Assembly (NCBI GenBank): GCA_964187785.1
Contig: OZ076409.1
Coordinates: 39,806,001 to 39,870,000 of the forward strand
Length of the DNA: 64,000 nt
DNA from: Amphiscolops sp. MND2022
Lineage: Eukaryota
Direction of reading: 5' to 3'
A program made the position numbers and the translations under genes. The notes below the pieces were generated by a model. That model was given only the letters and a program-made list of their open reading frames with translations, was not told the origin of the DNA and ran no database searches. Numbering within the stretch: the stretch's first letter is position 1; each line of letters starts with the position of its first letter. Shown here piece by piece: positions 36,783 through 48,749 of the stretch.

Positions 36783-39245
36783 AAGGCGAGAGACACCAAA
36801 GTCTGCTTTATGAGAGAATCGAGAGTTGCATGACCTGAGAAGCGATCAGCATTCTTGGCGCCAAAAAGACCGTGTAAACCGTCCTGTTCGACTCTTTTAC
36901 CACAGTGGCAGGTATGCGCAACATAGATGTTGACTCCGAGACGCAAACCAATTGAAATCTGAAGCAGCTGATCATCAAGTTTCAGGCAGGGCTTCCTATT
37001 AATTGGGTCAGCAAGTATTTGGTGTTTGTTTATTTGGTTCGTTACTATTTGGGTTTGGTGTTTGGGTCTTCACCTTCACCAGTATTTGTATTTGGTATTT
37101 GTATTTCTCAAAATCCACTATTTGCATTTGGTATTTGGGTTGGGTCCGGGACATTTCGTCGACAACTATTTCGCCGACAAATTATTTGACTAGTTTCGTC
37201 GATGGGTTTGTCGAAAAATGTTTGAAGTAAAAAGATTAGAGTAACAAATTAAACAGAAAACTGCACAATACTAAAAGTGCATATAACAGCAAAGATAGAG
37301 AGTACAGTATTATCATAATTGACATATGCATGTCTTCGTTACTCATTGCAATAACCCGAAACCGTTTCTGTTACAAAAGTAACACGCATTTGGTATTTGT
37401 ATTTGGTATTTGGGCCTTGCCGAAGTGTTTGGTATTTGGTAATTGGTTTTCTTTATTTTTTTATTTGGCATTTGTATTTGGGTCTAAAACATACCCCATT
37501 ATTTGCTATTTGGGCAATTTATTGGTTGACTATTTGGAATCTCTGGTTGGTTTCAGGCCTAGGTTCTTGAAAGGAACGAGTTTCAGCCATTGAGACCCGA
37601 AATTGCCTTGATGAGCGGTAAAAACTTTCGAACGTTCGTCATCCATTGTAAAAACCAATTGTGGGCGGTTTTGACGTAGACAGGTTGTGTCCAATTCTTT
37701 TGATTTCCGTCGAGAGGATTTTCTTGTTCATTCGTCAAACTCAACCATTTCTCAAGCGCTCTTGTAAACAAAATTCTTCAAAAATTTCCGAGACAATCGT
37801 CGTGAGAAAGTCACTCGCACCAGAAACTGAGGCTAGAAAGGCGGGAAATCCTAATAATGATGGGGATGAAACCACGAGACTACCCGTCTCAGCGGGCAGA
37901 TCCAGCTGAGTACTCGAAACAACGTCGACGTTCACGTTACACACTTTGGAATACCCGTCAAGCACGGTTTTGTCATATTTTTCTGAGAGAGCTGGATGAT
38001 TGAAACATGTACTGGTTCTCAGGAAGTACAACAACTTTGGCAAACTGAAGCAATTTTTCATCATAAAAAAAACCATAGTGCGCATCCAGTTTTTCAACAA
38101 TCTCGTTAACTTTTTCCAGTTTATTTATTTTCTTTTCCAATAAATCTGCTTGTGATTTCGGGCCCAGCAGTGAACCAAGAATGATAAGTTCATCTTTCTT
38201 TGGTGTTTTGATCCCGGGGCAAAGTTGTTGTAAACATGCTAAAACTGTGGATCGTCGTTTTTCAATGATGTCACCAAGGAAAAAAATTCACATTTCGTGG
38301 ATTTTTTTGAGTCCCAACGTTTTTCCCGCTGCAACAATTTTTTTGAGATTTTTCAAAACGTTTCTGTAATCATCATTTGAATTTCCATCGTCAAGGTTCC
38401 ATAAGTTTATTTTCGACTCCAAACTGTCAATCAGATCCTAACTGGAATCCGAAAATAAAGCTGGAGACTCAAGATCTCCTTGCTGGAACACTTCACAAAA
38501 TTTGGTAACTGAATCACCGTGAAGGAGAAAACTTGGCTTACAGTACGCCAATCATGAGTACTTATAAACTTCATTGTGTAGTTCAAAACGTTTCTTTTAG
38601 CATGGATTGTCGGTTTATCGATTTGAAAGCGTTCTCAAATTCACTTTTCAAAATTACGTTTTTTTTGGGCTGGGAGCTTTCTATCAAACAAGGGAAAACA
38701 TGTGAGGCCAATTTATACCCCTTTGGTGCCTGCAACTATGTCGATTCCCATATCTTGCTTGACGTCACTCGAAGACCTTGTATCCGCCACATTTTGCGGA
38801 CAACCGGCGGAATGTATTGCCTACAGCGATAGGACGAAGTCTTCCATTGGGCTTTTTTAGTGCAATTAGTTTCGCACCAATGAAGTGCGGCCGAAGTTCA
38901 GAAGGTACTTTTCCTTCGAGAATGACATTCACAAGATTTGTTACGGCTCTGAGAAAAATAAGTCCGGTTTGCACGTTCAACTTGGTAGTCAAATCTTTCA
39001 AACTTTGTGGCGAAAAGCTATCCAACACTGCACTAGAGCCGTTGGGGAAGGACTTGACAGCCTTGTGGACGAAAAACTCCAAGGTTGAAAAACAATCGAT
39101 ATCTGTGGGATTCGGAACAGAGCAAGTTTCCCTCTGCGGATGTTTCAGCTTGAGGGCAGCGTAGTTCTCGACCGTGAAATCCGCAATCTTGTCGTCGCCT
39201 AATGCCATTCGGATTCCGGCCTTAAAATTACCTTCGTCCGAATAC
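36783..39245 (-). mobile_element. Degenerate CRE-clade element including the RT domain
   Basis: Peptides LRPIAVGNTFRRL, QQGD, WNLDDG, PKLLYFLRT; homologous to 33788-35400. Confidence 0.85.
36987..37549. mobile_element. hAT-like non-autonomous element with (GTATTTG)n arrays, inserted in the CRE element
   Basis: cagggcttcc ... ggaatctctg; 8-bp TSD gtttcagg (4 extra bases on the right). Contains a truncated gggtccgggacatttcg arm at ~37142. Confidence 0.55.
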
Positions 39246-39675
39246 GCTTGGTAATAATTACCCCGAGTAGCGACCTCTGACGTTTATTTCGTCCAAGTGA
39301 ATTTTGCAGAAAACAACTTAGAGAAGAGAGCATTATGCAACACAAGGCAACATTTGACGGGGTTGAAACATAACCAACATTTGACGGTTGAAACATAACC
39401 AATTGCAGGAATACCACATTTGGGTGTGTTTCAATCTCCCCAAAAAAACAATCACAATGGTGAAGCAATCCGTTTATGAAAAAAAACCTTGAATTAATAA
39501 AATGAAATATAAAAGGAATTATCTCACCGGGTTGTGATGGTTCTTTCAGCCCAGGTGCAGCGACAAACCAACAAAACAGCGTCAAAGATATGGTCCAGTT
39601 GTCTCAAATTCGAATGATTGCCATCTCTGAAGCTATTCAACAAGCCCATCACAACAATTTGGCTAACAACTGCGG

Positions 39676-40980
39676 TTAAAGAGTTGAACGAGACGGTTTA
39701 CACGTTCTCTTGCATCAAGAGAACTGTTCGCTTCTCACGTCATGCTTTTCTGAATTCACTCATAAAGCAGACGTTGGGATTTCTCGCCTTGCCTTCAATG
39801 CTCGACCCGCGTGAAATCCACCGAACTGATGGCAGACGCCCAGGGGATGTTACAATCAATCCTTGGGAAATGGGCAAACAGCTGGCGTTGGATGACAAAG
39901 TTTTGGATGCCCTCGCAATCTTCATCAAGCTGAAACAAGGCTCCCCAGGCAACCCCAGAACAACAGCCACCGAGGCTGAAGCGCAAAAAATGTGAGACGT
40001 AACGCGAATTAATAGTCAATGGATACATTTTTCAACCGGTGCCCATGAAAGTGCACGGTTCTTCAGGCGAGAGCAGTGAAATTGAGCGTCTCTGTGAAAT
40101 GCTGTGATTGGCACGACAATCAACGAGCTGGCAGCTTTTTGAAGCAACGGAACTCAATGTCTCTTCAGCTTGACAAGGCGGCGTGTGTTCTAGTAACTTT
40201 GAACGACACAGATGCGTTTGAGGAAATTTATTACATTTGTGTTTTTTTGTACACCAATATATCATTACAGCTTTTTCTGAAACATGTTTCTACCAGTTGA
40301 CTGGGAAAGTAGCTGGTATGAGTAGTTTGTTGATTGGTTTTTGCTGTTAAGGACTTACTGGAATAGTGACTATTTAAGGCTTTCCTTTTTTCGATGCAAA
40401 CCACGGATGTGTGTCTTCTCTCTCCAACATGACGCACATGTCACTAATTAGGTCCAGCTTGTGGAAATCCAGTTTGTAGATTTCTTCACACAAGATCTTG
40501 AGGGCTGCATTGCCTGAGATCTACCGCCTAAGATCTAAAGGAATAACAAAACTGAAAACGCGGGGTTCATCCGGTGTATGCACGCTCGCCCTCACTGTCA
40601 CAAAGAGCAGCTACCACTACTATCGCCTCACGATCTCCGCTCCCTCAGCAAAATTGGAACATATGCGGCCCCCAAGTGCCGCGGGGCACTAGAGGAGTTG
40701 GGGACATTTCCGAGGCACGTTTCATACTTTACGTCAATTCTGCATTATTGGTTGGTTTCATTGTTTTTCTTCTTGAATTGATGATTTCTACAAACTGGTA
40801 TTCTACAGACTAGACCTTATTCAAAATATTACCATGGTCCTGTTTTGTAGAAACAGATTCCACAAACTGGCCTCACTTTTTTACAAACTGGACTCTACAA
40901 TTTGGTTTTTAACAAACTGGTTCATACCTATGGCACTGGACTGATGATGAAGATCCATGATATCTGATGGTGGAAATAAC
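39676..40980 (+). mobile_element. 3' fragment of the CRE-clade element (REL domain plus 3' UTR)
   Basis: Homologous to 35255-36060; interrupted by a core-A element. Confidence 0.8.
40446..40928. mobile_element. Mini-element with ctacaaactgg-motif arms carrying a diverged core A (reverse orientation)
   Basis: Degenerate 9-bp TSD catgtcact/tatggcact in the CRE 3' UTR; core at ~40570-40692. Confidence 0.65.
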
Positions 40981-41299
40981 CGTCTTTACTATGTAGTAGT
41001 AGTGTAAGTGCAAGACATTGTTCCATAAATAGGAAGTAAGATTCAGTCTTCAGTCAAAGAGTTAGAATTAGAAATTTATCAAGTAATTAGGCATGAAAGA
41101 CAGCCGAGAAACACTACGAAAAAGGAACAACTATGAAATAGTTTGAATGAAATTGGATTGTTGTGGAAGAAAATTTCGAAAGATTTAGTGAAAGAGGTTT
41201 GAGGTTGGTCAAAATTGAACACATTGTTTCTAATCAAATCATTTGCACATTTTAAAAAAAACGATACAAGAAACTATTGGTACCTGGTAAATTCTTTGT

Positions 41300-42120
41300 T
41301 AGTGGCATTCATAATCAAGAAATATAACTGCGAGTTTTATTGGGCTTTGATTCTTCCTCTGTGGTGAAATCCTGGTCTATTTGTTTATTCCACACTTTTC
41401 AAAGGAAAGTCAAACCTGCTCCGGCGAGTTGGTAGCAAAGAGGCACGATTTGAAGGCAATGAAAAAATCATTTATGCTTCAGCATAAATCAATCTACACT
41501 TATTGTATACTGGCACCAGCTATCCCTATACAATAATACAGTGTTTTCTCTCTCTCTCAATGATGTTACCGGATGTAGCTATGAACTGGAACAATCCATT
41601 CAATTACTTTCCGTTGAATTTTTTCCAGCTTTTTGAAGTCAGTGCAAGAAGGATGCCAAGCAGAAGAGCAATAAGTCAGAATTGACAGAATCCGATATTG
41701 GTAGATGAGCTTTCACATGATAATTGATACGTTCATTGGAAACCTCCGACGCAAGAAGTTGAACATCTTGTTGCATTTCGCCAGTTCAGCTGAAACATGT
41801 GGAGACCTTTTGAGATCACAAAAAAAGTCATGAGTCCAACATTTCATTTGTTGACTATAACTTGTCCCTTAATAGTTAGGGAAACATTGGTGCCAAATTG
41901 CAACATTTTGATTTTAGATTGGTTGAAAATGCAAGCCATTTTTTAAGGACCAATGAGAAACACTGGCAATGCCTCATTGAACCAAAGTTGGAGCCAAATA
42001 TGACAGAATTAGCGGTCATCACAAAACAAAAGTAGATGGGAGTTGTGAATGCTGTAGTAAGTCGTTAAGAAAAAGAAAGAAAAATATTGGACCCAGAATG
42101 AATCCTTGAGGATCACCTGA
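41300..42120 (-). mobile_element. Highly degenerate LINE RT remnant (CR1/L2-like)
   Basis: Minus strand G.PQG.ILGP at ~42090-42118; no intact ORF. Confidence 0.4.
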
Positions 42121-42429
42121 GGCTATGGGTTTTTACCAAACATGAACTTCAAATATAGAGTATTGGTATGAGACCTTCAGTAATGGCTTTGAGAAAAACA
42201 GTATTGGTATTGGTATTGAAAATCCTTCGAGGTTTTGATATGGGTATTGATAGTGACCCCCTAAGTATTGGTATTGTGGTTTTGGTATTGGTATTGCAAA
42301 ACCTTGGAAAGATCCGTGCGAATCGCTGAAAAAAATAGCTCCAGCAGTGAATAGTCGGGCAAAAAAAATTTTTCGTCGCTGTCGGATCGGAGCAATTATG
42401 CACAAAACAGCATAAAGAATGTGAACAAC

Positions 42430-45400
42430 AAAAAAATGGAAATCGGAGCAGTTTAATAGTTCCGACAAGTCCCTCATCAAAAGAACGTTGCGGGAAAGAA
42501 TTTTCAGCCGTGAGTCATTTGATGACGCAAGTAGTGCAATCGCTGAACGCGAGGCAAACAGAGGAACCTCGAAGCTTCTCATAGCCGAATGGATGTTGAA
42601 ATAGTCAAAAACAATCATCGTTGAGACTGGATGACAAGACTTCCAATTAGAAACCCTCCTCGTAGATGCCAAACAGGTTTTGGACGAAGGTATTCTTTTG
42701 GCCATCAGTGAGCATTTGTTGGTGCAAGCAGAGGAGATGTTGGAATACACAATGTCGGAAGCACTAAAAGAGCATAGAATTTTAGCAACCGCATCAAGCA
42801 AGCAAACGAAGAGTAAGAGTGTGCAGTTTGAACGTCTCGAAGAGAGTGCAGATGTTACCAAAGTACTGCAGTACGTACAGCAAGGAAAATTATTCCGAGT
42901 GACATTTTTCCATGCCGGTAATCTACTCCTTGAAGAAGGAAACAAATGATTTGAAATGGAAAAATGTCATGCATTTGTGAATGAGCAACAATTGACACTG
43001 CAAGAAGGATTGATTGAAAAGTCCATTCATTAAATTTATGCTACGGTGAATATATCAACAGCTATGCAATGAAATGCATTGTCAAAAGTGAAAAACAAGT
43101 CATGAAAGCACGTTTTGGAAGGAAAGCTGATTTCGACTTCAAGGCAAGCCTTGTTGAAGTAGCTATCTTGAGAGATAGCAATGTATGAAACTATTGGAGC
43201 GGTAAAGGAACCTCTAGGCTGATCGCAGTGGCGCACGCTAACGGCACTGATAAATTGGATTTGTGCATTGGCCACATCAGACACTCGACGGAAAGAATTT
43301 GCAAGATTGAACCTAAGCCAAACCTGGTACATGGAATGATGAAAAGAGCTCAAATGAACAAACATTGAATACAAGATGAAAATTTTAGGCTAAGAGCAAA
43401 GAGTAGCAAAGGGACTGAGTTGAAAACACAAAGCCACAACAAGTTGCACTGGGCTTGAGGACTCTGAAAAGAGAAGGAAGGACTTCAGTTACCGTAATAA
43501 TGATACTTTTTTCTGTTTCTTGTTTGTTTATTGTTTTGAGGGACGCTTTCAAGTGTCACGCATCCAAAAAAGAATTATGGAAGGATTAGAGAACGAACTC
43601 GCGTTGACATTTCTTCTCAGTGGTCAGTCAACTTCGATCAGAATATCGGTAGCACAGCAAAAATTGAGGAACTGGTTGAAGACTTTTTCGACTTACCTGG
43701 AAATTGACTCTTTGGATGTTGACGTAAATATAAAGCTGTGTTAATTGAGCTGCAAAATTTTTGTAAAGTACTTTTTAAAGGTTTAAAAGAAGAGCAAGTG
43801 ATTGAACTCAATGAAGGTCGGACGTTGATGTTGAAGTTTCTGATAATTGTCAAAACTATGACTTGAAGTGAGAAAACTGTTTTTGTTTGAATCTTTGGTT
43901 GTCTTAAGTCAATATGTGGGAAAAAAATCTATTGTGAGCGATCTAGACTTCAAACTGAAAAAAATTTTGCACTAGATCACCGACAGTTGATGTGCAATCC
44001 ACAACAATGTGCTAAGTCAAACAGATTTTGAATTCGAGATCAGTGATTGTCAGTAATGATCCTGAAGGGGACAAGACGTTTCGGCGACAGACGTGTCATT
44101 GGACGTTTCGGCGACAAACTGTCGCCGAAACGTCTCTAAACAGGGTGGGAGGAAAACTGTCCCCGAAATGTTTCTTCAAAGGATGGGCCGAAAAAATATA
44201 TGAAGATTACGAGACTTGGCTTTTTTTTTATATATTTTATCACGAGACTTGGCTTTATATACATCATATTGAAGATATCATTTAAAAAGTACAAAACGTG
44301 CCTCGGATAGGTCCATATATACTCTGCAACTGCTCTTTGGATCTCGTGGCATGAATTAACACTGGCGGTGGGTGTTTGGATCGAATGAATTTGCGCGAAT
44401 GTGCAATCTGTCACTGAGATCGAAGTAAAATGGTGAAAGAAAATGAGATCGAATCAATGTTCTCAAATACCTAGCATTTTTAAAACAACAATGTTTTTCG
44501 ACGTCGGATATGCCCCCATTTCCTCTAGTGCCCCGCGGCCCCTTGGGGCCGCTTATGTTCCCATCTTGCTAAGCGATGTCAAACAGGAGCAAAGACCTAG
44601 CGGGAACGGAGATCGCGAAGCGATCGTAGTGGGAGCTGGTCTTTGCAACGGTGAGGGCGAACGTGCATACACAACATATGCCCCACATTTTAGGATTTTT
44701 GCTTTCAGAACGAACGTTTTTGGTTTTTTAGAGGACGTTTCGGCGACACCCTTGTCGCCGAAACCTCCGCCGCCATATTGTCGCCGAAACGTCTCTCACC
44801 GAAACGTCCAGATTCCATCCTGAAGATTTGGAAGCCTTCACTTCATCTCCTTTTCTGCTAGGGCGCGCCAGTCCGGCAATTCCATTCAATCCTGACGCTC
44901 AGTGATATACGGATCTTCGAATAGTTGTCACAGTATCACTAGGAATGAGACATCTAAATGGATCATAGAAGGAGTTTGAAAGTTGGAATTCAAGGATGTG
45001 GTTTGGATAGTTGATGAGAATGTGGCAGGAGCACACTACAAGATGGGTGGAGTGTTGGAAGTCTATCATAGAAGCAAAGAGCGTGTAAGATCAGTGCTGG
45101 TGAAAACGGAAGATGGAAAACTCAAAAGACCAGTATAATACTGGCACTCTCGTTTTACGAATTAATTCTTCGGGAGAAAGACAGGGCCGGCAATGTTGGA
45201 GCCAGTCAATCGCAAGTTCAGAAACTTGAAGTCTAACGTGACTGATGAAACCTATAACTCAAACACCTTGAAAGGTTGTTAGGATTTAGGTTGCAAAATG
45301 AAAGTTTGGCAGAAATAGTGTTGGCGGGACAAAACCCCACCCCTCTTTTTGAGAATCATTCGTACACCTACCCTGAAATTTGTTAAGCATATTCAAGAGA

Positions 45401-45600
45401 CGCTAACTCAACTTTCGTAACGGTGCACTTGACCTCCTATCACCCTGGGTTTCGAAAGTGGTGTAAGTCAACCCCTCCATTGATCAGTACGGTGATACAA
45501 GTTTTTATGTGATTTTCTCTTATGAATTTGAGAAAATTGTAACTCTGTTGATAATAATAATATTTGTGTAAACATACTTTTGGGTCTACCTAGCAACCAT
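42430..45600 (+). mobile_element. Degenerate BEL/Pao LTR retrotransposon remnant with a probable 3' LTR starting at ~45193
   Basis: NSR..VSNDPED-LEA integrase segment; VWIVDEN..G.VLEVY..RVRSVLVKTEDGKLKRPV C-terminal motif; then gggccggcaa|TGTTGG. Confidence 0.6.
44067..44816. mobile_element. Mini-element with gacgtttcggcgaca arms carrying core A plus a captured foreign arm and flank
   Basis: TSD atcctgaa(g) at 44059-44066 and 44817-44824; core A at 44525-44687. Confidence 0.8.
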
Positions 45601-45849
45601 GCCAAAACCACCATATAGTTTACTTACTCAGCCAATAACTTCATAAGATTCTTTAAATGTCATATATTTATTCTTACTTGTTTTCGCCCTATGTTCACTG
45701 AAGACCTGTAAACCTAACAAATACCATAACTTTATAGATATTTTAGCGACTGAATAACTTTAGTCAAGTTAGGACCCAAGCCAACGAGACTAATTAACTT
45801 CCCATTTTGTCCAACTTTACAACTTTTCGCTAGAAGTCGCTACTCTCAT

Positions 45850-47250
45850 AGTTGAACGATGGAGCGCATGAAGGTTTAGAGCAGGACGTTTATGACAGAT
45901 CTGAGAAGATCCACCCTAAGTGTAAAGCCGGATTCCATCGCACCCTCCAACTAAAAGATACAGTGCTTTGAAACACGAAAACCAGAGTTGTTTAAATAAC
46001 GGTGCACCGATTGTCGAGCTTCATTGCAAGCTAAGGCCAAGCAGCAGTTACATACAATTTTGAAATGCTACCGACGGGACAGCGGTTCTTTATAATGGCT
46101 CATAAAACAAGATGTTCAGACGACAAATACTGTCACTCTAGGTAGAAGTCAAACAAGTGGAAAGTCATGGTAAAAAAAGATCAAAAAACGACAACAGTCA
46201 AAACTTGGAAGTCACGAAGAAAGTTTAACGTTCCGCGCCATTCAATCGATATACTTTTACAATCGAATTTAAAACATACAAAACAAAACAATTTGGGCAA
46301 CTAGGTTCAAGTTAGAAAAATTCCCAGCGTCAAAACATGTCTTATTATTGCCCCAGTTGCACTATTGTTTTAACCTCTCAGGCTATTCCGTCATTCCCAA
46401 GGATTCTCGCACAACCCGACCAGTTTCCCACTCCAAAGGCGGAATGTTTTCATCGAACAGAAGAACTAAGTCTCCAATCGTAAGTTAGGCCCATTATTGA
46501 ACTATTTCCCGACTTGAAAAAATGTCAAATAATCTCGCTGCTTAGTGTCCCAGAGACGTTTTTGAATTTGTTGCAATATGTGGAATCGTATATTCAGTTG
46601 AAGTGATAAGTGACTTGCCAGGTGCGGAGCGAAAAATACACCAATCAATAATTGACCGGGTGCCAATTGATTCAAGACATGGGGTTTCGACTCCGATTTC
46701 CGTTCGTTTTGAGCACCGAACAAGTTTAGTCCATTGTCAGTGACGCATGTTGAAGGGTTCCACGTCTGGGTATAAATATTTTAAATGCCAGTATACATGC
46801 ATGCTTTTTTGTGACGTTTGAAACAAGTTAAGTATGTATGACCCTTGTGAAAAAAATTAGAGAGGGGCAAAGTGTCGTTTTTTTTCGCCTTCAAAACCAT
46901 AGGCTGTGTCAAGACCAGACTTCCGGAAGCCAATCCGCATAACGAGAAACAAGTACAGCTTGTGTGCCACGTTCTGTGGGTATATCCGCCATGAGCTGAA
47001 GTTTTGACAATAAGGAGTAACGGAAACAATTCAGAAAAGTTTCAATGATTTTTTGATGACCGGGTGATAGATACCACCCATAACTTAATCTTTTGTTATC
47101 TTATAGCAGCTTTATGTTGAGTGCTCTCTTACGTCGGAGTGTCTCGTCATGAAAATGTTGAAATATTAGGCTACTAAAAGAGACTCGTTCAGAAAAAGTA
47201 GCAAAAATTTTTATCAAATCATTGAGTTTCACATACGACGACCAAATTGC
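45850..47250 (-). mobile_element. Second degenerate BEL/Pao integrase remnant
   Basis: Minus strand, across frameshifts: RRGTPSTCVTDNGLNLFGA and LVLLFDENIPPLEWETGRVV. Confidence 0.55.
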
Positions 47251-47282
47251 ATGGCCTTTGAAACTGGATCGAAGAAGGGACA

Positions 47283-48187
47283 CCCGGGTTTCCCTCCCAT
47301 ACAAAAACAGGTCAATCATACACTGCCATCATACTCACAGTATGATTCCAGGCTGATCATACTCTGGACCATAATGGTTTATGGTTCCAGGCTGACCATA
47401 CTCTGGACATATATGGTCCAGTCTATGATCAGCCTGGAACCATAAAAAAGCAAAGTTTATGGTTCCAGCCTGACCATATTCTGGGCCATATATGGTTCAG
47501 TCTATGATCAGCCTGGAACCATAAACCTTTATGGCCCAGAGTATGGTCAGCCTGGAGCCATAAAAAGAAATTTAGGATAATGTAGTCAATTAACACGTAC
47601 ACTGATGAAATTACAAGATATTCCTCAACCAAAGGTCCAATACAATCACCAAATTGAAAACAAGGTAGCAATTATCAATTTTGGGCATCTTTTGCTGAAT
47701 TATTGGTAATTTTTCTCGAAATAATCGAAAATCATACTGCAAAGTGGGTACTGCTATAACAAAAGAGTTAGTTATTAACTAATGAGTGGCTGAGAACAAA
47801 TTGAGTTACTATAGTTTGTCTTTAACTCCGCTTAGAGCTTAACGGAGTTCTGACCTGCAATGTATCGTTCGCAGATACAAAAGGTCGAATGTGGCTCCAT
47901 TGCTCTCAGCCTACAAAGCTGGCTGTTCTCAATATTTGAAAATTTTTGTTTGAAAATTAAAAAAATATATATTAAAAAAATTTATGATTCCAGGCTGACC
48001 ATACTCTGAACCATATATGATTCCAGGCCGATCATACTCTGGACCATATATGATTCCAGGCCGATCATACTCTGGACCATATATGATCCCAGGCCGATCA
48101 TAGCAAGATCATAGTAAGGAAATTTGTATTAGTTCTATGGTGCCATAATATGGTCAGATTATGATCGGCCTGGTCGGGAAACCCGGG
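47283..48187. mobile_element. CMC/EnSpm-like non-autonomous element with subterminal ~33-bp tandem repeats
   Basis: TIR cccgggtttccc/gggaaacccggg with 2-bp TSD CA; repeat unit atgattccaggc(t/c)gatcatactctggaccatat in both orientations. Confidence 0.7.
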
Positions 48188-48749
48188 CAGAAATTTCTAA
48201 GAGTGAATGACTTTAGGAATTCTTAATGATGCTTAAAAGGATTGGACCCTTTCCGCTGGCACCCTTTCTGTTTGAAGATAACAATGCATATTTTGGTGCA
48301 TTTGTTTTAGGAGTGGTGAGAGGTTCCACATTCGGGTTTTGTTTTTGATTAGCCGCCAAGGCTGAAACTCTGCAAAGTTTAACGACTTTTGAGAATCTTT
48401 TCTAATTGATGATCTGAAGTACAAATGAGAAAACCAAAGGTTGTTTTGGATGCCGTCTTTCAGGGATTCTCTCATTTGTAGGACTATAATGCACACGATC
48501 CAATTCTTGAACTCAGTTCAGTGAAATTTGAGGATCTCGAAGAATCGATTATTTGCGGTACAACTGAGACAGCAAAACTTTTCTGATTGTCGTCTTTCAG
48601 GAACTTTTCATTTGTGGGCTTATATTGAGTAAAAGTCGATGATTCAAACTGGATTAGCGAACAAAGTACTCAACGCTCGTTTTAATTTGGTGAACCACTT
48701 CAGAAAAATTGTGTTATCCGTTCATGGAAAGACATCAAGAACTTCAAGA

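Noticed and set aside
44443..44823. Recurring peptides such as YAPISSSAPRPLGAAYVPILLS and MAMPQCCYLAKG from cores A and B
   Set aside because: Similarity only reflects the shared DNA core. Frames, starts and strands differ between copies, and indels are tolerated.
47335..48110. CRISPR-like or satellite array
   Set aside because: These are tandem units without unique spacers, bounded by TIRs and a TSD, in a eukaryotic context with no cas genes.
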